Origin: Actinomycetes bacterium
Lineage (GTDB): Bacteria; Actinomycetota; CALGFH01
Length of the DNA stretch: 58,678 nucleotides
Reading direction: 5' to 3'
Assembly (NCBI GenBank): GCA_030146615.1
Contig: JASLBL010000245.1
Span: 1 to 58,678, forward strand
The translations under genes and the position numbers were made by a program. The stretch's first letter is position 1, and every line of letters starts with the position of its first letter. Below are positions 8,445-16,371 of the stretch, piece after piece. Under the pieces are notes generated by a model that saw nothing but the letters and a program-made list of their open reading frames with translations, ran no database searches and was not told where the DNA came from.

Positions 8445-9620
8445 TCAGCCGAGCTTGGTCAGGGCCCGGCGAAGGTTGCGGACGCCCTGGCCGATGCGCT
8501 GCTCGTTCTCGATCAGGGCGAAGCGCACGTGGCCGTCGCCGCCCGGGCCGAAGCCGACGCCCGGGGAGGTGGCCACCTTGGCCTCCTTGACCAGCATGGA
8601 GGCGAACTCGACCGAGCCCAGCTCCCGGTAGGGCTCGGGGATCGGCGCCCAGACGAACATGGTCCCCTTGGGCGGCTCGACCTCCCAGCCGATCCGGGCC
8701 AGCCCGTCGCAGAGGGCGTCGCGGCGCGACTGGTAGACCGCCTGGGCCCGCTCAGGGTGGTCGGGATCCTCGTTCAGGGTCACGGTGGCGGCGATCTGGA
8801 TCGGCTGGAAGGCGCCGTAGTCGAGGTAGGACTTGAGCTTGGCCAGGGCCTGCACGACCTCGGCCTTGCCGACCAGATACGCCATGCGCCAGCCGGCCAT
8901 GGAGAAGGCCTTGGTCATCGAGTACAGCTCGACCGCGCACTCCTTGGCCCCGTCGGCCTGGAGGATCGAGGGCGGACGGAAGCCGTCGAAGCCGAGCTCG
9001 GCGTAGGCGTTGTCGTGGACCAGCAGAACCTCGTTCTCGCGGGCGAAGTCGACCATCCGCTGCATGAAGGCCAGGTCGACGCAGGTGGTCGTCGGGTTGT
9101 GGGGAAACGAGAGCACGATCACCCGGGGCCGGGGCCAGGAGAAGCGGTAGGCCTGCTGGACGTTCCCGAAGAAGTCCTCGCCGGTGCCGACCGGGATCTC
9201 GCGGACCTCGGCCCCGGCGAACAGCGGCCCCCAGATGTGGATGGGGTACGACGGCGACGGCACCAGGGCGGCGTCGCCCGGCTGGAGCAGCACCCACATC
9301 AGGTGGGAGAAGCCCTCCTTGGCTCCGATGGTGGTGATCGCCTCGGTCTCGGGGTCCAGGTCCACCCCGAAGCGCCGCCGGTAGAGGTCGGCCACGGCCT
9401 GACGCAGCTTGGGGATGCCCCGGCTGGCCGAGTAGCGGTGGTTACGGGGGTTGCGGACAGCCTCACAGAGCTTGTCGACGGCCGTCGGGGGCGAGGGCAG
9501 GTCGGGGTTGCCGAAGCCGAGGTCGATCACGTCCTCGCCGGCCCGCCTGGCCGCCACCTTGAGCCCGTCGATGATGGTGAAGACGTACGGCGGCAGGTTC
9601 GTGATCCGGCGGAACTCCAC
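8445..9620 (-). CDS. class I/II pyridoxal-phosphate aminotransferase (AlaA/AspC-like)
   Basis: GTG 9620 gives VEFRRITNLPPYVFTIIDGLK. Also GFGNPD and the PLP-lysine block YSMTKAFSMAGWRMAY. The N-terminal 157 aa of ORF 8445..10091 are junk. Confidence 0.85.
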   Translation of the reverse strand: MEFRRITNLPPYVFTIIDGLKVAARRAGEDVIDLGFGNPDLPSPPTAVDKLCEAVRNPRNHRYSASRGIPKLRQAVADLYRRRFGVDLDPETEAITTIGAKEGFSHLMWVLLQPGDAALVPSPSYPIHIWGPLFAGAEVREIPVGTGEDFFGNVQQAYRFSWPRPRVIVLSFPHNPTTTCVDLAFMQRMVDFARENEVLLVHDNAYAELGFDGFRPPSILQADGAKECAVELYSMTKAFSMAGWRMAYLVGKAEVVQALAKLKSYLDYGAFQPIQIAATVTLNEDPDHPERAQAVYQSRRDALCDGLARIGWEVEPPKGTMFVWAPIPEPYRELGSVEFASMLVKEAKVATSPGVGFGPGGDGHVRFALIENEQRIGQGVRNLRRALTKLG

Positions 9621-9957
9621 GGGCAACCCCCATCTGGCAGAGCGTGAAGCTGGAAGCCTACCCGCTCGAGGGAACCAGACCGCCGGGGCCGGTGCCCGTC
9701 CTACCGGCCGGGGGTGCCGGTCCGGGAGGTGGTCGGCCAGGGGCACGTGCTCACCGGCGCCGACGGCGGCTACCGGTTCCAGAGCGACCCGCCCGAGCAC
9801 ATCCACATGCTCGTCTCGGCCGAGGGGTTCGAGCCGCTGGCCAGCAACCGCTACCACCCCGAGGGCAGGTCTGCCGGCCGCTTCGACGTCCTGCTCACGC
9901 CGGCCCGGTCCTGACGGTTGGCGGGTGGCGGCGGCCCTCGGGTAACGTCCTGCCCTT

Positions 9958-10779
9958 GTGAAGGACCCGATCTCGCCGATGGAGTGGCATCCCGGCCCCG
10001 GGGCGGAGGAGCTCATCCGCCGCAAGGCGCAGCTCCACGTGCTCTCCAAGGAGCTGCTGGACCGCGAGCGCGGCCTGGCCGCCTTCCGCAACGAGCTGCA
10101 CGCCTTCGAGACCAGCTACCGCAAGGCGCTCGGCTCCCGCTACGCCCGGCTCGACGAGCTGGCCGAGCGGCTGGACGAGACGGCCGCGCCCGGCCAGGAC
10201 CCCGGGCAGCCCGATCCCGACGGCGACGACCCGGCCGAGCGCTACCCCGGCCAGGGCGTGCCCGGCGGCCAGAACTGGGCCTGGGGGGAGCGCGAGCCGG
10301 ACAGGGAGCCGGAGCGGCGGCCGGTGATCGGCGACGAGGCCAAGCGGCTGTTCCGCCAGCTGGCCCGCCTCATCCATCCCGACCTGGCCGGCGACCCCAA
10401 GGAGCGGGAGCGGCGGACCAACCTGATGGTGGCGGCCAACGACGCCTACGAGCAGGGCGACGTGGCCGCCCTGGAGCGCATGCTGGCCGACTGGCACGCC
10501 AGCCCCGAGGCCGTGACCGGCAGCGGGGCCGCGGCCGAGCTGGAGCGGACGCTGCGCCGCATCGCCCAGGTCGAGGCGGGCATCAAGCGGATCGACGAGG
10601 AGCTGGCCGAGCTGGAGGCCTCGGCCATGGGCTGGCTGCGGCGCCGGGTCGAGAAGGCCGCCCACGAGGGCTGGGACCTGCTGGCCCACATGGTCAGGGA
10701 GCTGGACCGACAGATCGGCGAGGCGCAGCTGGAGCTCGAGCGCCGGGCGGCCACGGCCACCGCCGGAGCGTGGGAATAG
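9958..10779 (+). CDS. J-domain (DnaJ-like) protein with flanking coiled coils
   Basis: GTG start. AKRLFRQLARLIHPDLAGDPKERERRTNLMVAANDAYEQGD contains the HPD tripeptide. There is no G/F or zinc-finger region. Flanking segments are heptad-like and charged. Confidence 0.7.
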   Translation: MKDPISPMEWHPGPGAEELIRRKAQLHVLSKELLDRERGLAAFRNELHAFETSYRKALGSRYARLDELAERLDETAAPGQDPGQPDPDGDDPAERYPGQGVPGGQNWAWGEREPDREPERRPVIGDEAKRLFRQLARLIHPDLAGDPKERERRTNLMVAANDAYEQGDVAALERMLADWHASPEAVTGSGAAAELERTLRRIAQVEAGIKRIDEELAELEASAMGWLRRRVEKAAHEGWDLLAHMVRELDRQIGEAQLELERRAATATAGAWE

Positions 10780-10843
10780 GGCCGCCCTCGCTGGGGTACG
10801 GTTGCGGCGACGCAGCCCCTGCGGACGACGGGGTGTGGGCACC

Positions 10844-12315
10844 ATGGCCAGGGACATCCAGGGCGGGCCCGGAGAGGCTCCCGACCACGGCGCGGTCGCG
10901 ACCACGTTCCCGACGAAGCACCTGCCGCCGGTCACCTACCGCGACATGCCCGAGCCGCTGTCGCTGCGCAAGGTCCTCGGCCCGGGCGTGATCGCGGCCG
11001 GGATCGGGCTGGCCTCGGGCGAGTTCATCCTCTGGCCCTACATCACCTCCCAGGTCGGGCTCGTCTTCCTGTGGGCCGCGCTCGTCGGGGTGGTGACCCA
11101 GTTCTTCATCAACATGGAGTCGAGCGCTACACCCTGGCCACCGGCGAGACCGCCCTGACCGGGTTCAGCCGCTACTGGAAGCACTGGGGGCTGTTCTTCG
11201 CCGTGCTGACCTTCCTGGCCAACGCCTGGCCGGGGTGGATCACCAGCTCGGCCACGCTGGTCACCTTCATCTTCGGCGGCGGCAACGTGAAGCTGCTGGC
11301 CATCCTCGGGCTGGCCTCGATCGCCATCGCCCTGACCATGGCCCCGGTGGTCTACACCATGGTCGAGCGGATCGAGTTCTTCAAGGTCGGGATCATCCTG
11401 TTCTTCATCGTGGTCGCCATCGCCACCGCGATCACCGCCGAGGCCTGGGGCGCCCTGCCAGACGCGGTCACCAACTTCGGCCGCCTGCCCGCGGGCCTGC
11501 CCCTTGCCCTGGTCCTGCCGGCTCTGGCCTTCGCCGGGGCGGGGGGCGGCCAGAACCTGGTCCAGAGCAACTGGATGCGCGACAAGGGCTACGGCATGGG
11601 GGTCCACATCCCCCGGCTGGCCTCGCCGGTCACCGGCGAGCCCGAGGCCGCCCCGGGCACCGGCTACACCTTCCGCGAGGACGAGACCAACCTGGCCCGC
11701 TGGAAGGGCTGGTGGGACGTTGCCAACAAGGAGCAGCTGGTCAGCTTCGTGGCCATCACGATCGTCACCATCGCGCTGATGTCGATGCTGGCCTACTCGA
11801 CCGTGTTCGGCGCCGAGGCCGAGAACAACATCACCTTCCTGGAGGCCGAGGGCAACGTCCTCAAGGACACCGTCGGGACCTGGTTCGGCTACCTGTTCTG
11901 GATCATCGGCGCGACCTCGCTGTTCGCCGCCGCCCTCGGGATCGTCGACTACACCTGCCGGCTGGTCGCCGACGTGCTCAAGGTCAGCTACCTGCGCGAG
12001 AACGAGACCTGGACCGAGAGCCGCATCTACTTCCTGCTGGTCTGGCTGCTGGTCGTCTGGAGCGCGATCATCCTGCTGACCATCCAGTCGCAGCCGCTGA
12101 TCCTGCTGATCATCTCCGCCTCCATCGGCGGGTTCATGATGTTCGTCTACTCGGGCCTGCTGATCCTGATCAACAAGCGGTCGCTGCCGCCCTCGGTCCG
12201 GATCAACGGCTTCCGCACGGCGACCATGATCTGGTCGGTGCTGCTGTTCGGGACCGCCTCGGCGATCGCCATCAGCGACCAGTGGGACAACATCAAGGAG
12301 CTGTTCGGCCTCTAA
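10844..12315 (+). pseudogene. Nramp-family divalent metal transporter, interrupted by a 1-nt frameshift near 11119/11120
   Basis: ORF 10802..11158 carries the N-terminus (GPGVIAAGIGLASGEFILWPYITSQVGLVFLWAALVGVVTQFFINME). ORF 11071..12315 continues in the -1 frame (ERYTLATGETALTGFSRYW...). Inserting one base after ATGGAG restores FFINMEIERYTLATGE and a protein of about 490 aa. Confidence 0.7.
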
Positions 12316-12324
12316 GCCGGCCCG

Positions 12325-12411
12325 ATGTACCGGTTCCTGCTCACGGTGGCCATCGCCCTGGTGATCTGGGCGTTGCTGGCGGGGCTGGCCGCCCTGCTCG
12401 GGTTCCTGTAG
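12325..12411 (+). CDS. possible 28-aa hydrophobic micro-protein
   Basis: ATG 12325 gives MYRFLLTVAIALVIWALLAGLAALLGFL, ending at TAG. It lies 9 nt after the Nramp stop and 9 nt before the cupredoxin ATG. No clear SD. Confidence 0.25.
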   Translation: MYRFLLTVAIALVIWALLAGLAALLGFL

Positions 12412-12420
12412 AACCTGCGC

Positions 12421-12843
12421 ATGCGCCGCGCCGCCGATCGACCGCGTCCCAACCCGGTCTGGTTCCTGGTCGTGGTGGTGATGGTCGGCCTGGCGGTGGC
12501 CGGCCCGGTGATCATGGTCCGGGACCAGGCCGGCGACGACACACCAGCGGCCCCCTCGGCCGCCGAGGGGGCGCTGCCGGCGGCGGAGGCGGCGGCCGGC
12601 GGGAGCACGGTGAAGATGGCCGGGCTCGCCTTCGCCCCCGGGACCCTGACGGTGGCCAGGGGCACGACGGTCGTCTTCGACAACGACGACACCGCCCCCC
12701 ACACGGTCACGGCCCGCTCCGGCGGCGTCGACTCGGGCGTGCTCGACCCGGGCCGCCAGTTCAGCCTGGCCGTCACCGAGGGCTTCGACTACTTCTGCAG
12801 CATCCACCCGAGCATGACCGCCAACATCGCCGTGACCGGCTGA
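12421..12843 (+). CDS. membrane-anchored cupredoxin (plastocyanin/amicyanin-like type-1 copper protein)
   Basis: N-terminal TM segment VWFLVVVVMVGLAVAGPVIMV. Type-1 Cu ligand pattern: APHTV ... YFCSIHPSM (His, Cys, His, Met). Confidence 0.8.
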   Translation: MRRAADRPRPNPVWFLVVVVMVGLAVAGPVIMVRDQAGDDTPAAPSAAEGALPAAEAAAGGSTVKMAGLAFAPGTLTVARGTTVVFDNDDTAPHTVTARSGGVDSGVLDPGRQFSLAVTEGFDYFCSIHPSMTANIAVTG

Positions 12844-12855
12844 CCAGGAGGCCTG

Positions 12856-13296
12856 GTGGACGTCATCGAGCTCCTCAACGACCTGACGGGCGGCCAGCTG
12901 CTGCTCTGGAAGGTGCTGCTGACCTCCGTGATCTTCGCCTGCGCGGGCCTCCAGGTGCTGCTGGCGGCCCGCTTCTACGAGGCCAGCACGGTGCCGCCCA
13001 TCTCCACCGGAGCGGCCTCGCGAACCCACCGCCTGAACGGGAAGCTGACCGTCACCCTGGCCGTCGTGGTGGCGCTGTCGTGCCTGGCCGGCCCGGCCGG
13101 GCCGACCTCCCCGACCCGGGTCCTGCTCCACTCGGTGTTCGGGAGCCTGGTCTTCGGCCTGCTCGCGGCCAAGTACACCGCGCTCAAGCTACGGCCGGCC
13201 TGGGGCCGCTTCCTGCCGTGGATCGGCAGCGGCCTGTTCCTGACCTTCGCCGCCATCTGGGCCACCAGCGTGGCCGACTACGCCACCGCGAGGTAG
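12856..13296 (+). CDS. four-span membrane protein (DUF6529-like?)
   Basis: GTG 12856 is preceded by AGGAGG. Four hydrophobic spans. It sits between two cupredoxin genes. The family name is from memory and is uncertain. Confidence 0.6.
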   Translation: MDVIELLNDLTGGQLLLWKVLLTSVIFACAGLQVLLAARFYEASTVPPISTGAASRTHRLNGKLTVTLAVVVALSCLAGPAGPTSPTRVLLHSVFGSLVFGLLAAKYTALKLRPAWGRFLPWIGSGLFLTFAAIWATSVADYATAR

Positions 13297-13301
13297 CCGA
13301 C

Positions 13302-14429
13302 ATGCGCGCCGTCCGCCTGCTCCGCCTCCTGCCCCTGCTCGCACTGACCAGCCTGGTCCTGGTGGCCGCCCCGGTGGCCGCCGCCCAGGACGGCGGGGAG
13401 GCCGAGATCGTCGACTTCGACTTCTCCCCGCGACGCCTCACCGTCGAGGCCGGGACCAAGGTCACCTGGTCCAACAATGGCGAGCGGCCCCACACGGCCA
13501 CCGACCGGGGCGGCACCTTCGACACCAAGCCGATCGCCCCCGGGGCCAGCGCCGAGGTCACCCTGAGCACGCCGGGGACCTACTTCTACTTCTGCCGTAT
13601 CAACCCGGCCAAGATGAACGGGGTCCTGACCGTCGCGCCAGGAGCCGACGAGGCCAGGACGGCCCGGGTCCAGGCGGTCGACCCGGGACAGATCGGCGAC
13701 AAGCTCCGCTTCGACCCATCGGAGCTGACCGTGGCCGCCGGGACCACCCTGCTGGTGGCCAACGTCGGCGGCAAGCCGCACTCCCTGACCGCCGACGACG
13801 GCTCCTTCGACACCGGCATCATCGACCCGGGCGCCCAGGGGGGCCGCTTCGCCGGCAAGAACGCCAGCGTGACCCTCAACCAGGCCGGCACCTTCAAGTT
13901 CCACTGCGAGATCCACCCGGCGGCCATGAAGGGCACGGTGACGGTCACCGGCGAGGCCGCCGCCGGCGGCCCGGCCCAGGCGTCGGCCGGGCCACGGGAG
14001 GTCGACGTTGGCGCGGTCGACTTCGCCTTCGAGCCCAAGGACGCCTCGGTGGCGGCCGGCGGCAAGGTCACGGTCACCAACCGGGGCCAGGCCCCCCACA
14101 CCATGACCCTGGACGACGTCGACCTCGACACCGGCAGCATCGACCCCGGAGCCAGCGCCGAGCTGACCGCCCCCGACGCGCCAGGCAGCTACAGCTACCG
14201 CTGCGCCGTCCACCCAGGCCGAATGCGAGGCGTCCTGGTCGTCCTCGGCCGCGACACCGAGGACCCGAACGCCCAGGCCGCCGCCCCATCCGCCGCAACC
14301 CCGGCCGCAAGTGGTGGCGGCCCGAGCGGCGGCGTCACCGCCTTCGTCCTGGCCACCGCCGTGGTCGCCGCCTTCCTCGGCGGGATCGGGATCAGCGCGT
14401 TCGCCCTCCGCCGCCGCACCGCGACCTGA
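13302..14429 (+). CDS. secreted/anchored protein with three tandem cupredoxin domains
   Basis: ATG 13302, signal peptide LLPLLALTSLVLVAAPVAAAQ. Domain 1: RPHTAT...YFYFCRINPAKM. Domain 2: KPHSLT...FKFHCEIHPAAM. Domain 3: APHTMT...YSYRCAVHPGRM. C-terminal TM segment plus RRRTAT tail. Confidence 0.8.
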   Translation: MRAVRLLRLLPLLALTSLVLVAAPVAAAQDGGEAEIVDFDFSPRRLTVEAGTKVTWSNNGERPHTATDRGGTFDTKPIAPGASAEVTLSTPGTYFYFCRINPAKMNGVLTVAPGADEARTARVQAVDPGQIGDKLRFDPSELTVAAGTTLLVANVGGKPHSLTADDGSFDTGIIDPGAQGGRFAGKNASVTLNQAGTFKFHCEIHPAAMKGTVTVTGEAAAGGPAQASAGPREVDVGAVDFAFEPKDASVAAGGKVTVTNRGQAPHTMTLDDVDLDTGSIDPGASAELTAPDAPGSYSYRCAVHPGRMRGVLVVLGRDTEDPNAQAAAPSAATPAASGGGPSGGVTAFVLATAVVAAFLGGIGISAFALRRRTAT

Positions 14430-14592
14430 CAGCCGTCCGGCGCCGGGCGTCACCCACCGGAGGCACCCCTGAGCCCCTACCGGGAGGGTAGCCGACGGCG
14501 GGTCCTGGGGGCGATCGGGTGTCCACAGCCCCCAGCGCCCCTACCCCCAGCACAGCCCGAGCAGCTGTCCAGAGCCCCTCGGCTACGGCCCC

Positions 14593-15372
14593 TCAGCGTC
14601 GATCGACGAACAGGGCCTGGGCGGCGCGGCCAATTGGTCCCTGCTCGTCGTGGAGGGTGGTGTCGGCCAGGCCGATGCCGGCGGCGGTGGTGGTCGCCGC
14701 CTCCAGGGCGACCCACTCGCCGGTCGGGGGGCGTAGCAGGTAGACGGTGAGGTCGGGGTTGATGAAGCGCCATTGCTGGAAGTCGAGGCTGGCGCTGACC
14801 CCGTTGCCGGAGTCGGCCGCGATCAGCACCCGGGAGAGGGGTGAGGGGAGCTCGTCGGCGACCAGTGGGTGGCGCATTCGTGCCCACACCGTGGCCGGGC
14901 CCAGCTCCAGGAACGAGCCGGCCACGAAGCGGAACTCCATGGCCGTGTGGTAGCCGACCTCCTGGCCGGTCGGGAAGAACGGCATGACCCGCCCGGCCGC
15001 CGGTGCCGGCAGCCGCGGGCCCGGGACCAGGCCGTCGGGCAGGCCGACCTCGGCTGTCCGGATCCGTAGGGCGGTGGCCCGTATGATCTCGTCCTCCCCG
15101 GCCCGCAGGCTGGCCTCGACCAGCTCGACGCTGCGCCCGCCCCGTAGCAGCCGGGTGGCGACCGCCAGCTCGGCCATAGGCGGCGGGCGCAGGATCTCGA
15201 AGGTGACCCGGGCGACCTGGAACCCAGGCCGGTCCGAGTGGCCCTCCACCGCCCGGCCGAGCAGGGCCGCCGGCGGCCCGGCGTGCTGGAGCCCCGGGCC
15301 CCAGGGGCCCTGGGTCAGCTCGGTGGCCCGGAACCGGTCCGGGGCGAGCGGGACGAAGAAGGCCTCGGACAT
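14593..15372 (-). CDS. thioesterase-superfamily protein (TesB-like double hot-dog)
   Basis: 259-aa ORF, MSEAFFVPLAPDRFRATELTQGPWGPGLQHAGPPAALL..., typical of actinobacterial acyl-CoA thioesterase-like proteins. Confidence 0.65.
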   Translation of the reverse strand: MSEAFFVPLAPDRFRATELTQGPWGPGLQHAGPPAALLGRAVEGHSDRPGFQVARVTFEILRPPPMAELAVATRLLRGGRSVELVEASLRAGEDEIIRATALRIRTAEVGLPDGLVPGPRLPAPAAGRVMPFFPTGQEVGYHTAMEFRFVAGSFLELGPATVWARMRHPLVADELPSPLSRVLIAADSGNGVSASLDFQQWRFINPDLTVYLLRPPTGEWVALEAATTTAAGIGLADTTLHDEQGPIGRAAQALFVDRR

Positions 15373-15532
15373 GCCCGCAGTCTAGATGCGCCGATCACCG
15401 TATGGGTGCCGCCCGCGGCGAGATGGGATCTCCGAGCGGTCTCGGACCTAGCTTCAGCGGAGGGACGTATGGGTCGGCGCGTTCTGCTCATCGTCACCGT
15501 CCTGGCGCTGATGAGCTGATAGCGTCTCGCCC

Positions 15533-15772
15533 ATGTGGGAGTACGCCATCCGCGAGTACGTGCAGGAGTGGGGCGAGCAGACCGAGGACCGGTCGATGGC
15601 CGCCTTCCTGGCCGAGCTGAACCGGCTCGGGGAGGACGGCTGGGAGGCGGTCGGGATCACGCCACGGACCCACTACGACCGGGGCGGCGGGCCAGGGGGC
15701 TGGGACACCTACACCTTCGTGGTGCTCCTGAAGCGGCTGCGGCCGGCCGACGACATGCTGCCGAGGAGTTGA
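15533..15772 (+). CDS. small DUF4177-like protein
   Basis: MWEYAIREY ... FLAELNRLGEDGWEAVGI ... YTFVVLLKR pattern. Confidence 0.5.
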   Translation: MWEYAIREYVQEWGEQTEDRSMAAFLAELNRLGEDGWEAVGITPRTHYDRGGGPGGWDTYTFVVLLKRLRPADDMLPRS

Positions 15773-15776
15773 GGCC

Positions 15777-16265
15777 ATGAAGAGCGCGATCCGGGTCCTG
15801 TTCGTCGGCGCCGCCGCCGGCTATGCGGCCAGCCAGGTCATGGACAAGGCCACCACCTGGTTCTACGGGCGCCAGAGCGACGCCTCCAAGGAGCGCGAGA
15901 ACCAGCTGCTGCCCGAGGGCGCCCCGATGGCCTCGGCCAGGAAGCTGGCCGCCCTGGTCGGGGCCGAGCCGACCGACGAGCAGGCCGGGCAGATCGCCAC
16001 CGCCCTGCACCAGTGTCTGGGGCAGGGCTACGGGGTGGCCGCGGCCGCCCTCACCCGGCGCGGGAACCCGCCCCTGGCCGCCGGGCTGGCCGCCGGCATG
16101 GGCGGGTTCCTGCTGGTCGACGAGCTGGCCAACAGCCTGTTCTTCACCCCGCCGCCCCAGGCCTACCCGGCCGAGAGCCACCTGCGCGGGCTCGTCGGCC
16201 ACCTCACCTTCGGCGCCGTCCTCGGCGTCCTCCTGGCCGTGGCCAGGCGGCTGCGCCTGCTCTAG
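15777..16265 (+). CDS. membrane protein (DUF1440-like?)
   Basis: 162-aa ORF starting 4 nt after the previous stop. Gly/Ala-rich hydrophobic segments. Family uncertain. Confidence 0.5.
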   Translation: MKSAIRVLFVGAAAGYAASQVMDKATTWFYGRQSDASKERENQLLPEGAPMASARKLAALVGAEPTDEQAGQIATALHQCLGQGYGVAAAALTRRGNPPLAAGLAAGMGGFLLVDELANSLFFTPPPQAYPAESHLRGLVGHLTFGAVLGVLLAVARRLRLL

Positions 16266-16289
16266 CGGTCCAGCAGCGAGCTCGGCTGG

Positions 16290-16371
16290 GCGCCGCTGAC
16301 TACCGCCGTTCAAGGAGCGAGGCGGGGGTTGCGCCGCTGACTACCGCCGTTCAAGGAGCGAGGCGGGGGTT
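16290..16371. repeat. perfect 41-bp tandem duplication (2 copies plus 7 nt of a third)
   Basis: GCGCCGCTGACTACCGCCGTTCAAGGAGCGAGGCGGGGGTT occurs at 16290-16330 and again at 16331-16371. The unit contains the last 10 codons and the stop of glcF (minus strand). Confidence 0.95.

Noticed and set aside
14430-14592. Terminator or sRNA in the convergent spacer after the triple cupredoxin gene
   Set aside because: Only short palindromes are present (CCGGCGCCGG and CTACC-GGGAG-GGTAG), with 5-6 bp stems and no U-tract. They are not distinctive.
16290-16371. Possible CRISPR or minisatellite
   Set aside because: There are only two directly abutting identical 41-bp units, with no spacers and no cas genes. 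It is better described as a simple tandem duplication of the glcF 3' end.
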